DNA from: an uncultured Halobacteria archaeon
Lineage (GTDB): Bacteria; Pseudomonadota; Gammaproteobacteria; UBA9214
Assembly (NCBI GenBank): GCA_963847565.1
Contig: CAWKAE010000004.1
Span: forward strand, 16,151-80,150
DNA length: 64,000 nucleotides
Direction: 5' to 3'
Shown here: one piece after another, positions 25,290 through 38,019 of the stretch
How the letters are laid out: every line of letters starts with the position of its first letter
How positions within the stretch are numbered: position 1 is the stretch's first letter
The notes under the pieces: generated by a model
What the model saw: only the letters and a program-made list of their open reading frames with translations
Databases searched by the model: none
What the model was told of the DNA's origin: nothing
Position numbers and translations under genes: made by a program

Positions 25290-27685
25290 GTGCACGCCCG
25301 GACATTCCGGCGGATGACGCCGTGACCATCGAGATCGACGGCAAGTCGTACCAGGCGCGCAAGGGCGCAATGATTATCGAAGTCGCGGACGATGCCGGTA
25401 TCAGTATTCCGCGCTTCTGCTACCACAAGAAACTCTCGGTCGCAGCCAATTGCCGCATGTGCATGGTCGAGGTCGAGAAAGTGCCGAAACCACTGCCGGC
25501 CTGTGCGACACCGGTCGCGGATGGCATGAAGATTTTTACGAAATCGGAGATTGCCACCGGCGGACAAAAAGCCGTCATGGAATTCCTGCTGATTAACCAT
25601 CCGCTTGATTGCCCGATCTGCGACCAGGGTGGTGAATGTGAATTGCAGGATCTTGCCCTCGGCTACGGCCGGGATATTTCGCGTTTCGCCGAAAAGAAAC
25701 GCGTGGTGAAGGACAAGTACATTGGTCCGCTGATTGCCACGGACATGACCCGCTGTATCCACTGCACCCGCTGTATTCGTATGTTGCGCGAGGTGGCCGG
25801 CAAGATGGAGCTGGGTGCGACCGGTCGTGGCGAAAACATGGAAATCGGTACCTATATCGAGAAATCGCTGGAGTCGGAACTGTCGGGTAACGTCATTGAT
25901 GTCTGCCCGGTTGGCGCGCTGACGTCGCGGCCATTCCGTTTCAAGGCGCGTGCGTGGGAGTTGCAGCAGCATGCAACCATCGCACCGCACGATGCCGTCG
26001 GCTCGAATATTTTTGTGCATACCCGCCGTGGCCAGGTCATGCGCGTGGTTCCCCACGAGAACGAGGACGTCAACGAGGTGTGGTTGTCGGACCGTGACCG
26101 TTTCAGTTATGAAGGTCTGTACAGTGATGACCGTGTCACCACGCCGATGATCAAGGTCGATGGCAGCTGGCAGGACACCGACTGGGAAACCGCTTTGCAG
26201 GCAACCGTCGACGGACTGAAGAAAACGCTCGATGCAGGCGGTGCTGACCAGGTCGGTATGCTGGTGTCACCAACGGCAACGCTGGAAGAGATGTCATTGA
26301 TGCAGGCGCTGGCGCGCGGCATCGGCGTGAACAATATCGACCATCGCCTGCGCCAGTCCGATTTCACCGATCAGCAACAGGCGCCGTTGATGCCGTCGCT
26401 CGGCCAGCCGCTCGCGGATATTGAAACGCTCGATGCAGCCCTGGTGATTGGCTCGAATATCCGCAAGGACCAGCCGATAATCGGCCATCGTTTACGCAAG
26501 GCTGCCGTGGCAGGCGCAAAGGTCATGTTCGTCAACCCGGTGGACTATGAGTTCCTGTTTGATGTGCATGCGAAGGCCATTGCGTCACCCGCGCAGCTGG
26601 CGGCAACCCTTGCCGGTATCGCCGCGTGCTATCCCGATGCGGCGAACAAGGTTAGTGATGCCGTTAAGACGATTATCGGCAATGCATCACCCGATGAAAA
26701 CCAGCGGGAAATGGCTGCTGCACTGAAAGATGCTGATAGCGCAACGGTCCTGTTGGGCAACGTGGCGACCAGTCACCCGCAGTATTCACTGCTGCGCGCG
26801 CTGGCGCAGGTAATCGCCGATTGCAGCGGCGCAACGCTTGGCCTGTTACCGGAAGCCGCAAACAGTGTCGGTGGCTGGCTGGCCGGTGTAGTGCCACATC
26901 GCGGACCTGCAGGTGCGGGTGTCGATACCGTTGGCCTGAATGCGGCCGAGATGTTGTCCGCAAGGCTCGGTGCCTACGTACTCTTTAATGTCGAACCGGC
27001 GAATGATTGCTTTGACGCGGCAGCCGCCAATGCTGCTGTCGAAGCGGCAGATTTCGTAGTCTCCATCAGTCCATTTGCCAGTGATGTCACCCGGTCGTTT
27101 GCCGACGTGTTGTTACCCATCGGGCCATTTACCGAAACGTCCGGCACGTTTGTTAATGCCGAAGGTCGCTGGCAGGGTTTTGCCGGTGTCGCCAGTCCCG
27201 TCGGCGACAGCCGGCCGGGCTGGAAGGTTTTACGCGTAATCGGTAACCAGTTCGATATCGACGGGTTTACACAAACCGGTACAGAAGAAATTCGCGATGC
27301 CCTGCGCGCACAGTGTGAGTCGGCTGCGCTCGATAATCGGCAGCCGGATGGTCCGGTTGCAGGTGCGATGCCGGGTGGCGATCTTGAGCGAATTGGTGAT
27401 GTCGCCATTCTCTCGACCGACTCGCTGGTGCGACGTGCACAGCCGTTGCAGGCAAGTCCGGATGGACAGGTTGCCGGCCTGTTGCGTATTAATTCCTCAA
27501 CGGCGGAGAGCGCCGGTGTGCGTGAAGGCTACCGTGTGCGGGTCAGCCAGGGTGACGCAAGCGTCGAAATGGACGTGTCTGTCGATGAACGCGTGACTGA
27601 TGGTTGCGTGTGGTTGCAGTCGGGCACCACGGCATCCGCATCGCTGGGTGCCGCCTTCGGCCCGGTAACCATGGAACGGGTTTGA
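25286..27685 (+). CDS. nuoG: NADH-quinone oxidoreductase subunit G
   Basis: A 799-aa ORF. It has an N-terminal 2Fe-2S fold, 4Fe-4S motifs ([10 protein letters not shown] and CIHCTRC) and a molybdopterin-like C-terminal domain. Confidence 0.95.
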
Positions 27686-27692
27686 GAAACAC

Positions 27693-28821
27693 ATGACTGA
27701 AACCGTACTGCAAAAATACAAGGGACAGCTGCTGCTGACCGGGCTGGTGGCAGCCGTACTCGGTGTGGCCGTTGTAGTGCTTGGTTTCCACTTCTGGGAC
27801 GACATCAAGGCCAACGTGCTGCTGTATACACTGGTCAAGATTATCTGCATCGTTGGCCCGCTGATGGGTGCGGTGGCCTACCTGACGTTTGCCGAGCGCA
27901 AGATTATCGGTTACATGCAGGTGCGCGTTGGCCCCAACCGGGTCGGTCCGCGTGGCTGGCTGCAACCGATCGCCGATGCCCTCAAGTTGTTGATGAAGGA
28001 AATCGTCGTCCCGACGAACGCCAACCGCTTCCTGTTCGTGGTGGCGCCGATGTTGTCGATTGCGCCGGCGCTGGCGGCCTGGGCGGTATTGCCGTTTACC
28101 GATACCCTGGTGCTGGCGAACATCGATGCCAGTCTCTTGTATGTGCTGGCCCTGACTTCAATTGGTGTCTACGGCGTCATCATTGCCGGCTGGGCATCCA
28201 ATTCCAAGTATGCCTTCCTCGGTGCGATGCGCTCGGCCGCGCAGATCGTGTCATATGAAATAGCCATGGGTTTTGCGCTGGTTGGCGTACTGATCGCCGG
28301 CGGCAGTCTTAACCTGGTGGACATCGTCGAGGCGCAACAGGGCAGTTTCCTGCACTGGTTCTGGCTGCCGTTGTTCCCGCTTGTTCCTGGTCTATTTTAT
28401 TTCCGGCGTGGCCGAGACCAACCGGGCGCCATTTGACGTATCGGAAGGCGAGTCGGAAATTGTTGCCGGTTTCCATGTCGAGTATTCAGGCATGGCGTTC
28501 GCCGTTTTCTTCCTGGCCGAATACGCCAACATGATCCTGATCGCGGCACTGGCCGCGCTGATGTTCCTGGGTGGCTGGCTGTCACCGTTCCAGGGCACAT
28601 GGTTCGAGTCGTGGTTCGACTGGGTGCCGGGCATCTTCTGGCTGTTCGGCAAGATGTCCGTCATGTTGCTGCTGTTCCTGTGGTTCCGCGCGACATTCCC
28701 GCGCTACCGCTACGACCAGATCATGCGGCTCGGCTGGAAAGTATTCATTCCGATCACCATTGTCTGGCTGGTGGTGGAGGGCGCTGCGGTGATCCTCGAT
28801 ATCGGTCCATGGTTCGACTGA
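27693..28821 (+). CDS. nuoH: NADH-quinone oxidoreductase subunit H, apparent +1 frameshift near 28383
   Basis: Frame 1 reads canonical NuoH up to ...WLPLFPL. Frame 2 continues with [19 protein letters not shown].. and the rest of NuoH. Deleting a single base in CCGCTTGTTCCTGG restores [13 protein letters not shown]. Confidence 0.88.
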
Positions 28822-28829
28822 GGTAGGTT

Positions 28830-29318
28830 ATGGAAGGTTTCAACAACTTTCTGAAAAGTTTGTTCCTCTGGGAGCTGCTCAAGGGTATGCGGCTGACGGG
28901 TTCGCGCCTGTTTGCACGCAAGATTACGGTGCAGTACCCGGAAGAGAAGACGCCACAGTCCAACCGTTTTCGCGGTCTGCATGCGCTCAGGCGTTACCCG
29001 AATGGTGAAGAGCGCTGCATTGCCTGCAAGCTGTGCGAAGCCGTGTGCCCGGCGCTGGCGATCACGATCGAGGCCGAGGAACGCGAGGATGGAACCCGCC
29101 GCACCACGCGCTATGACATCGACCTGTTTAAATGTATCTACTGCGGTTTTTGCGAGGAGTCCTGCCCGGTTGATTCCATCGTCGAAACGCGCGTGTACGA
29201 ATATGCCTTCGAGAACCGGGGTGAGAACATCATGACCAAGGATATGCTGCTCGCGATAGGCGACAAGCACGAACAACAAATTGCCGCTGATCGTCAGCAG
29301 GACGCGAGGTTCCGCTGA
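28830..29318 (+). CDS. nuoI: NADH-quinone oxidoreductase subunit I
   Basis: A 162-aa ORF with two 4Fe-4S ferredoxin motifs ([12 protein letters not shown] and [12 protein letters not shown]). Confidence 0.96.
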   Translation: MEGFNNFLKSLFLWELLKGMRLTGSRLFARKITVQYPEEKTPQSNRFRGLHALRRYPNGEERCIACKLCEAVCPALAITIEAEEREDGTRRTTRYDIDLFKCIYCGFCEESCPVDSIVETRVYEYAFENRGENIMTKDMLLAIGDKHEQQIAADRQQDARFR

Positions 29319-29320
29319 GT

Positions 29321-29944
29321 ATGGATATCGAACGCATCATATTCTGGGTGTTTGCCGTGATCCTGGTGTTTGCCGCCGGCCGGGTTATCACGGTGCGTAA
29401 CCCGGTACATGCGGCCATGCACCTGGTGCTGGCATTTTTTACCTGCGCCGGCCTGTGGCTGTTGCTGGAGGCCGAATTCCTGGCGATCACGCTGGTGCTG
29501 GTCTATGTCGGTGCCGTCATGGTGCTGTTCCTGTTCGTGGTGATGATGCTGGATATCAACATGTCGCCGTTGCGCGAGGGTTTTGTCCGCTATCTGCCGT
29601 TCGGCGTCATCATCGCGCTGGTGGTCTTTTCCGAGATGTTTGCCGTTGTGGGCGTGAAGTATTTCGGGCGTGATGTCATCGCCATTCCCGAGCGCCACGG
29701 TGCCGACTACAGTAACGTGCGTGAGCTGGGCAATGTGCTGTACACGGATTATGTCTACCCGTTTGAAATAGCCTCGGTCATATTGCTGGTTGCCATCATT
29801 GCAGCCATTGTCCTGACCATGCGCAAGCGTCCCGAGACCAAGTCACAGAACGTGGCGGAACAGGTTGCCGTCAAATCGGCCGACCGGGTGCGGATTGTAA
29901 AAATGGTGTCGGAAGAAAAGCAGGATTCATCCGTTCGTGATTAG
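29321..29944 (+). CDS. nuoJ: NADH-quinone oxidoreductase subunit J
   Basis: A 207-aa membrane protein immediately after nuoI. It is the ND6 homologue. Confidence 0.92.
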   Translation: MDIERIIFWVFAVILVFAAGRVITVRNPVHAAMHLVLAFFTCAGLWLLLEAEFLAITLVLVYVGAVMVLFLFVVMMLDINMSPLREGFVRYLPFGVIIALVVFSEMFAVVGVKYFGRDVIAIPERHGADYSNVRELGNVLYTDYVYPFEIASVILLVAIIAAIVLTMRKRPETKSQNVAEQVAVKSADRVRIVKMVSEEKQDSSVRD

Positions 29945-29947
29945 GTT

Positions 29948-30087
29948 GCGGGAATTTAAAAACATCGGCCACAGAGGGCACAGAGAACACGGAGAATAAA
30001 CTCGAATACAAACAGAATCACAGTGAATGACATGATTATTGTCTCTCTGTTCCCGGTGATCTCTGTGGCCAGTTTGTTTATTCCGGG
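29948..30087. repeat. MITE-like element between nuoJ and nuoK (CACAGAG-motif family B)
   Basis: It has imperfect roughly 30-bp terminal inverted repeats. The left end is GCGGGAATTTAAAAACATCGGCCACAGAG and the right end is CTCTGTGGCCAGTTTGTTTATTCCGGG. GGCCACAGAG (29967-76) is the exact reverse complement of CTCTGTGGCC (30061-70). The nuoJ-nuoK spacer is inflated to 163 bp. Confidence 0.6.
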
Positions 30088-30107
30088 ATTCAAGTGATGA
30101 TTTAAAA

Positions 30108-30413
30108 ATGATTGCGTTATCTGATTATCTGACCCTGGGAGCTATCCTGTTTGCGCTGAGCGTGGCGGGCATCTTTCTTAACCGCAAGAACGTCATCATT
30201 CTGCTGATGGCCATCGAACTGATGCTGCTGGCCGTCAACATGAACTTCATTGCCTTTTCCTATTTCCTGGGCGATACGGCAGGCCAGGTGTTCGTCTTCT
30301 TTATCTTAACGGTCGCTGCCGCCGAGGCGGCGATCGGTTTGGCCATCCTGGTGGTGCTGTTCCGCAACCGTCGCACCATTAATGTCCAGGACCTGGATCG
30401 GCTCAAGGGGTAA
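30108..30413 (+). CDS. nuoK: NADH-quinone oxidoreductase subunit K
   Basis: A 101-aa ORF with 3 TM helices. It is the ND4L homologue. Confidence 0.94.
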   Translation: MIALSDYLTLGAILFALSVAGIFLNRKNVIILLMAIELMLLAVNMNFIAFSYFLGDTAGQVFVFFILTVAAAEAAIGLAILVVLFRNRRTINVQDLDRLKG

Positions 30414-30417
30414 CGGG

Positions 30418-32392
30418 ATGGACATGGAACAGATTTATCTCGCGATTCCGCTGGCGCCACTGCTGGGCGCCATCATTGCCGGTCTGTTTGGCAAGGTGAT
30501 CGGGCGTGCCGGTGCGCATACCGTGACTATTCTCGGTGTGGGTATCTCCTGTGCGTTATCAATCTATGTCCTGAAACTATTCGCACTGGATGGTGCTGCA
30601 ACGTACAACGAGTCGGTCTACACCTGGATGGTGAGTGACGGGGTGCGTTTCGAAATCGGTTTCCTGGTCGACAACCTGACCGCACTGATGATGACCGTGG
30701 TGACCTTCGTGTCACTGATGGTGCATATCTACACCATCGGTTACATGCATGACGATCCGGGTTACCAGCGCTTCTTCAGTTATATCGCGCTGTTTACCTT
30801 TTCCATGCTCATGCTGGTCATGGCCAATAATTTCCTGCAGCTGTTCTTCGGCTGGGAGGCGGTGGGCCTGGTCTCGTACCTGCTGATCGGTTTCTGGTAC
30901 ACGCGGCCGACGGCGATCTACGCCAACCTCAAGGCGTTCCTGGTAAACAGGGTAGGGGATTTCGGTTTCCTGCTGGGCATTGCCGCGATCTACATGTCGT
31001 TTAACAGCCTGGACTACGCTTTCGTTTTTGCCGGCGCGCCGCAGCTGCAACACGCGGTATACCAGGTGATTCCGGGTACCGACTGGTCGCTGATGTCGGT
31101 GATCTGTATCTGCCTGTTCATCGGCGCCATGGGCAAGTCGGCACAGGTGCCGCTGCACGTGTGGCTGCCGGATTCGATGGAAGGCCCGACGCCGATTTCC
31201 GCGCTGATCCACGCCGCGACCATGGTGACGGCCGGTATTTTCATGGTGGCGCGCATGTCGCCGCTGTTCGAATTGTCCGAGACTGCGCTGGTCTTCGTGA
31301 TGACCATCGGTGCCATCACGGCACTGTTCATGGGTTTCCTCGGTATTGTGCAGAATGACATCAAGCGGGTAGTGGCCTATTCAACCCTGTCCCAGCTTGG
31401 CTACATGACCGTGGCGCTGGGTGTGTCCGCGTATGCTGCCGGCATCTTCCACCTGATGACGCATGCCTTCTTCAAGGCGTTGCTGTTCCTGGCTGCCGGC
31501 TCCGTCATTATCGCCATGCACCATGACCAGGACATTCGCAACATGGGTGGCCTGCGCAAGTACATGCCGATCACCTGGATTACCAGCCTGATCGGTTCGC
31601 TGGCGCTGATCGGTACACCGTTTTTCTCCGGGTTCTTCTCGAAAGACACCATCATCGAGGCGGTGCATCATTCAGCAGCTGCCGGGTGCCGGGCTGGTCT
31701 ATGTCGCCGTGTTGCTGGGTGTGTTCATAACCGCGCTGTACAGCTTCCGCATGTACTTCCTCGTCTTCCACGGCAAGCCGCGCATGGATGCCCACACCCG
31801 CGAGCATCTGCATGAGACGCCGTGGGTCGTGACCGGGCCGCTGATCGTGCTGGCGTTCTTCTCCGTGGTGTCCGGTTACGTAATCGACCCGGTGGTATTC
31901 GGTAATTTCTTCGACGGTGTTATCCACGTTTCGCCCGAGCACGGTGCGCTTGCTGCAGTTGCCGAGCACTATCACGGTATCGTGAGTTTTGTCGGCCATG
32001 CCTTCATGGGCTGGGCGATTTACCTGGCGATTGCCGGTGTCGCGCTGGCCTGGTACATGACGCTGAAGAATCCTGATTTTGCCGACAGCATGCGTCGTCG
32101 CTTCAGTGCGATCTACAACGTACTGGTCAACAAGTACTACATGGACGACTTTAACCAGGCTGTGTTTGCCGGTGGCGCACGCGGCATCGGTCAGTTGCTC
32201 TGGCGTGTCGGCGACGAGGTCATTATCGACGGCCTGCTGGTCAATGGCAGCGCCCGCCTGGTTGGCTGGACATCCGGAATCGTCCGCAAGATGCAGACCG
32301 GACACCTTTATACCTATGCCTTCAGCATGATTATCGGCCTGGTGCTGATGTTGTACTGGTTTGTATTCCGCGCAACAGGAGCCGGCGCATGA
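30418..32392 (+). CDS. nuoL: NADH-quinone oxidoreductase subunit L, apparent +1 frameshift near 31674
   Basis: Frame 1 reads NuoL up to ...FSKDTIIEAVHHS. The track ORF 31709..32392 (227 aa) continues with LVYVAVLLGVFITALYSFRMYFLVFHGKP... Removing one base in TCAGCAGCTG joins them to about 657 aa. Confidence 0.88.
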
Positions 32393-33954
32393 TCGATTAT
32401 CCGCTGTTGAGCCTGCTGATCTGGCTGCCGATTGCCGGCGGTGCGGCATTGCTTGCCATGGATGCAATGGGTAATCCGGGCTGTCGTGTGACGGCGTTAC
32501 TGGTGTCCGTGGCCACGTTTGTTCTCAGCCTGTCACTCTATACGAATTTCGATTTCACCACGGCCGTCATGCAGTACCAGGAAAACGTGCCGTGGATCGA
32601 GGCCATCAGTGCGAATTATCACCTGGGGGTCGACGGTATCTCGATGCCGCTGATTATCCTGACCACGTTTACCACGGTGCTGGTGGTGCTGGCCGGCTGG
32701 GAAGTGATCCAGAAAAAGGCGGCACAGTACATGGCAGCCTTCCTGGTCATGGAAGGGTTGATGAACGGCGTATTTGCCGCACTTGATGCTGTCCTGTTTT
32801 ACGTTTTCTGGGAAGCCATGCTGATTCCGATGTTCATCATCATCGGTGTATGGGGCGGCCCGAAGCGCGTGTACGCGACCATCAAGTTCTTCCTGTATAC
32901 CTTCCTGGGATCGGTCTTCATGCTGGTGGCGCTGATTTACATGTACCTGCAGGCGGACAGCTTCAGCATTCTCGATTTCCACGTGCTGTCACTGGGTATG
33001 ACGGAACAGATCCTGATCTTTATCGCGTTCCTCATGGCCTTTGCCGTCAAGGTGCCGATGTGGCCGGTGCATACCTGGTTGCCGGATGCGCACGTCGAGG
33101 CGCCGACCGGTGGTTCCGTGATCCTGGCTGCGATCATGTTGAAGATCGGCGGGTACGGTTTCCTGCGTTTCAGTTTGCCGATTACGCCGGATGCCAGTCA
33201 TGCACTGGACTGGCTGATTATCCTGATGTCGCTGGTGGCGGTCGTCTATATCGGCTTCGTCGCGCTGGTGCAGGAAGACATGAAGAAACTGATTGCCTAT
33301 TCGTCCATTGCCCACATGGGTTTCGTGACACTCGGCATCTTCCTGGTGTTTACGCTGATGGATAACAACGATTCACTCAGCGGTGCGGCGCTCGGCATGG
33401 AAGGCGGCATGGTACAGATGATTTCGCACGGCTTTATCTCCGGTGCGCTGTTCCTGTGTGTCGGCGTGTTGTATGACCGCATGCACAGTCGCCAGATTGG
33501 CGATTACGGCGGTGTTGCCAACACCATGCCGGTTTTTGCTTCCTTCATGGTGCTGTTTGCCATGGCCAATGCCGGCTTGCCCGGTACGTCCGGCTTTGTC
33601 GGCGAATTCATGGTCATCCTCGCCAGCTTCAAGGCCAATTTCTGGTTTGCATTCCTGGCAGCCTCCACACTGATACTGGGCGCAGCCTACAGCCTGTGGA
33701 TGGTCAAGCGCGTGATCTTCGGCGAAATCGCCAACGACAACGTGAAACAGTTGCAGGACGTCAATGCGCGTGAATTCGTCATCCTCGCCAGCCTGGCTGC
33801 CATGGTGCTGCTGTTCGGACTTTATCCGGCGCCGCTGACCGAGATCATGCATGCCAGTGTCGACAACCTGCTGGCACACCTGTCTGTATCCAAGCTGCCG
33901 CCGGCTGAAACCGGTCTTGCGCTGCTGGAAGCCATTCGACCCGGAGGGCCCTGA
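32389..33954 (+). CDS. nuoM: NADH-quinone oxidoreductase subunit M
   Basis: A 521-aa polytopic antiporter-like subunit. It is the ND4 homologue. Confidence 0.95.
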   Translation: MIDYPLLSLLIWLPIAGGAALLAMDAMGNPGCRVTALLVSVATFVLSLSLYTNFDFTTAVMQYQENVPWIEAISANYHLGVDGISMPLIILTTFTTVLVVLAGWEVIQKKAAQYMAAFLVMEGLMNGVFAALDAVLFYVFWEAMLIPMFIIIGVWGGPKRVYATIKFFLYTFLGSVFMLVALIYMYLQADSFSILDFHVLSLGMTEQILIFIAFLMAFAVKVPMWPVHTWLPDAHVEAPTGGSVILAAIMLKIGGYGFLRFSLPITPDASHALDWLIILMSLVAVVYIGFVALVQEDMKKLIAYSSIAHMGFVTLGIFLVFTLMDNNDSLSGAALGMEGGMVQMISHGFISGALFLCVGVLYDRMHSRQIGDYGGVANTMPVFASFMVLFAMANAGLPGTSGFVGEFMVILASFKANFWFAFLAASTLILGAAYSLWMVKRVIFGEIANDNVKQLQDVNAREFVILASLAAMVLLFGLYPAPLTEIMHASVDNLLAHLSVSKLPPAETGLALLEAIRPGGP

Positions 33955-33965
33955 GGCAATCGATC

Positions 33966-35402
33966 ATGACTATCACACTGACTGAGTATTTACTGCTGTC
34001 GCCGGAGATCTTCATCCTGACGATGGCCTGCCTGATACTGCTGGTCGAGGCATTCGTCGGTGACAGTTACCGCCAGGCAAGTTATGTCCTCGCGCAGCTG
34101 ACGCTGCTGGCCGCTGCATTTATCAGTGGCAGCCAGATCGATAACGAGGCGCTGGTGATGCTGGGCGGCATGTATATTCATGACCCGATGGCGGCCCTGC
34201 TGAAAACCAGTGTCTTCCTGGTGACGATTGGTGCGTTTGCCTATGCGCGCAGTTACATGACGGCCCAGGGCGGTCTGCGCGGCGAGTACTATGTGCTGGG
34301 GCTGTTTGCCGTGCTCGGTATGCAGGTCATGATTTCCTCGCACAGCTTGCTGACGGTGTATCTGGGACTGGAACTGCTGTCCCTGTCGCTGTATGCCATG
34401 GTCGCTTTCGACCGGGATTCGCCCACGGCTTCAGAAGCCGCCATGAAATATTTTGTGCTCGGTGCACTGGCGTCCGGCATGCTGCTGTATGGCATGTCGA
34501 TGCTGTACGGCGCCACCGGCAGTCTTGATTTAGCCGCGATTGCCGATGCGATCTCGGCCCAGGGTGAACGCAGCCTGGTGCTGGTATTCGGTCTCTGTTT
34601 TATCGTGGTTGGACTGGCGTTCAAGTTCGGCGCGGTACCGTTCCACATGTGGGTGCCGGACGTGTATCACGGCGCACCCACGGCCGTGACCCTGTTTATC
34701 GGTAGCGCACCCAAGATTGCCGCCTTTGCCATGGCAATGCGTCTGCTGGCGGAATCAATGGGCGGCTTGCTGGTCGACTGGCAGGGTATGTTGATGATCC
34801 TGGCAGTCCTGTCACTCGCTATCGGTAATGTTGTCGCCATTGCCCAGACCAACATGAAACGCATGCTGGCCTATTCAACCATTTCGCATGTCGGATTCCT
34901 GCTGCTTGGGATCCTGTCAGGCACGGATAGCGGTTATTCCGCGTCGATGTTCTATGCCATTACCTACGCCCTGATGGCGATCGGCGGCTTCGGTGTCATT
35001 ATCCTGCTCAGCCGGAGTGGCGAAGAGGCAGACCAGCTGGATGATTTCCGTGGCCTGAATGATCGCAGTCCATGGTTTGCGTTGATGATGCTGATCCTGA
35101 TGTTTTCCATGGCCGGCGTGCCACCGACCGTAGGTTTCTATGCCAAGCTGGCGGTGCTCAAGGCCGTGGTCGATGTCGACATGGTGTGGCTGGCACTGGT
35201 CGCGGTGTTCTTCTCGATCATCGGGGCGTTCTACTACATACGCATCATCAAGCTGATGTACTTTGATGAGCCGGCGACCGATGCGCCATTGAAGATCAAT
35301 ACCGACCTGCAAATCGCTGTCAGCACCAACAGCCTGCTGGTGCTGGGGCTTGGCCTGTTTCCGGGCGCATTACTGACCCTGTGTAACAGCGTGCTGGCCT
35401 GA
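33966..35402 (+). CDS. nuoN: NADH-quinone oxidoreductase subunit N
   Basis: A 478-aa polytopic antiporter-like subunit. It is the ND2 homologue and is last in the operon. Confidence 0.95.
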   Translation: MTITLTEYLLLSPEIFILTMACLILLVEAFVGDSYRQASYVLAQLTLLAAAFISGSQIDNEALVMLGGMYIHDPMAALLKTSVFLVTIGAFAYARSYMTAQGGLRGEYYVLGLFAVLGMQVMISSHSLLTVYLGLELLSLSLYAMVAFDRDSPTASEAAMKYFVLGALASGMLLYGMSMLYGATGSLDLAAIADAISAQGERSLVLVFGLCFIVVGLAFKFGAVPFHMWVPDVYHGAPTAVTLFIGSAPKIAAFAMAMRLLAESMGGLLVDWQGMLMILAVLSLAIGNVVAIAQTNMKRMLAYSTISHVGFLLLGILSGTDSGYSASMFYAITYALMAIGGFGVIILLSRSGEEADQLDDFRGLNDRSPWFALMMLILMFSMAGVPPTVGFYAKLAVLKAVVDVDMVWLALVAVFFSIIGAFYYIRIIKLMYFDEPATDAPLKINTDLQIAVSTNSLLVLGLGLFPGALLTLCNSVLA

Positions 35403-35664
35403 TCCTGTCGTATGACTGACAGCAGACCGGTCTGGACGTCTGCCGTAATGCGCTGCCCGGTTTTATCTACCACGTCGAGCTGAAGACCCAGCTGGCACGT
35501 GCCCGACGTCGCCGCGCTACGCACTGACCGTAATTACCCTATAAAACAGTCTGTAACTAATTAATTAATCAAGTGTTTTTACAATAGTTAACATTCCGGG
35601 TAGCATTTATCTTCACGGTGTATGGGAAAATCGCCACACCAAAAACAATCACAGGCGGCAATCC

Positions 35665-36363
35665 ATGAGAATCGGCATACTTGAAGATGATCGTGACCAG
35701 GCAGAAATGTTGCAGACATGGGCGAAGGGCGCAAACCATGACTGTTATGCCTACAACACCGGCGAGTCATTTCGCCAGGCGCTACGCAATGAAACATTCG
35801 ATGTCCTGATTATCGACTGGAACCTGCCCGATACGACCGGTCCTGAAGTGCTCGACTGGGTCAGGGAGAATGTCGACTGGCATATACCGGTGATTTTTAT
35901 AACCAGTCGTGACGGTGAAGAGGATATCGTCCAGGCGCTCGGGCGGGGTGCGGACGATTACATGATAAAGCCGGTTCGCCAAAGCGAAACGCTGGCACGC
36001 CTGCATGCACTGGAACGACGGGCTGCACAGGACGCCGATGTCGAAATGGCCTACGAATATCCGCCTTACCGTGTCGAGATGAAGGAGCGCTGCATTATGC
36101 TGGATGGCGAACCTGTTACACTGCGTAACATGGAGTTCGAACTTGCTATTTTGCTGTTCCGCAATGCGGGTCGTTTGCTGTCGCGCAGCTACATACTGGA
36201 AAATGTCTGGGGCACACGGGGTGATATCAATACCCGCACCGTGGACACCCATGTCAGCCGCCTGCGCAACAAGTTAAGTATCCGGCCGGATCGGGGCTGG
36301 AAGCTCAGCGCGGTCTACCATCATGGTTATCGTCTCGAGAAAGTATCGGAGCAGGCTGGATGA
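35665..36363 (+). CDS. OmpR-family response regulator (receiver domain plus winged-helix domain)
   Basis: The receiver domain has acidic pocket E/D residues, the phospho-acceptor in VLIIDWNLPD, and a conserved K (MIKP). The C-terminal trans_reg_C fold reads LRNMEFELAILLF...TRTVDTHVSRLRNKL. Confidence 0.85.
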   Translation: MRIGILEDDRDQAEMLQTWAKGANHDCYAYNTGESFRQALRNETFDVLIIDWNLPDTTGPEVLDWVRENVDWHIPVIFITSRDGEEDIVQALGRGADDYMIKPVRQSETLARLHALERRAAQDADVEMAYEYPPYRVEMKERCIMLDGEPVTLRNMEFELAILLFRNAGRLLSRSYILENVWGTRGDINTRTVDTHVSRLRNKLSIRPDRGWKLSAVYHHGYRLEKVSEQAG

Positions 36364-38019
36364 GTGAAGGGTGGCGTGCGCTCGCGGGCTTGCCTGCTGC
36401 AGCACTCTGCCTGCTGATTGCCGTCCTGTCCGCCACGCCGGTTACGGCCGACGAGCAATACTGGACCTACACGGTCCGCCCGGGTGACACGATCTGGGGT
36501 CTGACCGAAAAGCACTGCACCAGTGTCCTGCACTGGAAAAGAATACAACGCGTCAACAAACTCCCCGATACGCCGGCACGCGGAATCCTTCCGGGTACGC
36601 GCCTGCGTTTCCCGATCGATATTCTCAAGCACCAGCCGGTCAGCGCCCGGGTTCGCCTGTTCCGGGGCAGTGCGCAGGTCAGTCGTGCGGCGGGCGAGTC
36701 CCTGCCAGTGACCGCCGGTCTTGAGTTGCACAGCGGTGACCGTTTATCGGTCGCTGATGACAGCAACGTTACGATTCGCTTTGCCGATGACTCGGAACTG
36801 CTGGTACTGGGTGGCAGCGAGATTATTTTCGACAGCCTCAGTGCCTATGGCGAAACCGGCATGGTAGATACGCGTATTCGCCTGCAAAGCGGGCAGGTAA
36901 ATACACGCGTCAGGAAACACCGGGGTGGCGGCAGCCGCTATGAAATTATTACGCCGGCAGCAGTGGCTGCTGTGCGCGGCACCGAATTCCGCGTGTCGGC
37001 CGACAGTGAACGGCCGGTCGCGCGCAGCGAGGTGCTCGAGGGTAACGTTGCCGTATCCGGTGAAGGCGCCAGTCGCGATGTGCCGGCCGGTTACGGGGTG
37101 CTGGCAAAGGCGGGTGTTGCACCATCGGCACCGAAGCCGTTGTTGCCGCCACCCGACCTTGCGCCGCAACAGGCCGTACTTGATCGTTTGCCGCTGGAGT
37201 TCAACTGGGCCACGCTCGACAAGGCGCGGCAATACCGTTTCCAGGTAGCTGACAGTACCGCGTTCGACAGCCTGCTGGTTAACGCGGTCAGTGGCAGTAC
37301 ACGTGGCTACTATGGCGATCTGCCAAACGGCCAGTATGCCCTGCGCGTGCGCGGTATTGATGCAGACGGGCTGGAGGGTGTGGATGCGGTACAGCAGTTT
37401 ACCGTGGCGGCCCACCCGCAGCCGCCGGCACTGATCGGTTTGCGGGAGCATGTGATCGTCCGTGATGCCACGCCCGAGTTCGGCTGGTCCAGGCCGGTTG
37501 ATATTGAACAGTTCCACTTGCAGGTGTCGGGTAACGATGCATTCGATAGCCTGGTTACCGACGAATCGACATTACGCAGCGAGCGCTACACCCCGTCTGC
37601 GGAGCTTACGGCCGGTCACTACTACTGGCGTGTTGCAAGTATCGACGGGGCGGGTGTACGGGGTCCCTGGAGTGATGCGGCAGCCTTCGAATACCGGGCG
37701 GAACCGGATGCACCGTGCCGTAGAGGCCCCCGCACTGGGTGAGTCGGAAATCGATTTCCACTGGCGTGATGCCGGTGTCGGCATGCGTTACCAGTTCCAG
37801 CTCGATACCGATGCCGCTTTCCCGTCAATCATTCTCGACCGGGTTGTGGAGACCCCGGAAATCACCATCGAGCGTCCGACTGCCAGCGCGTACTTCTTCC
37901 GCGTACGCGCGATTGACGATACCGGGTACACCAGTCCCTGGTCGCCGACCCAGACATTTTCCATTACCGGCAGTCCATGGCAGTTACTGGTGCCATTCGG
38001 GATGCTGCTTCTGCTTTGA
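36360..38019 (+). CDS. Secreted or periplasmic LysM plus FecR-domain protein with three roughly 80-aa C-terminal beta-sandwich-like repeats. Apparent frameshift near 37720
   Basis: The N-terminus has a signal/TM segment. A LysM motif (YTVRPGDTIWGL...KRIQRVNKL) follows. The FecR-like region reads VTIRFADDSELLVLGGSEI...AAVRGTEFRV. The third repeat unit (EIDFHW...YFFRVRAIDDTGYTSPWS) reads in the +1 frame (track ORF 37462..38019). The start codon overlaps the stop of the response-regulator gene. Confidence 0.7.
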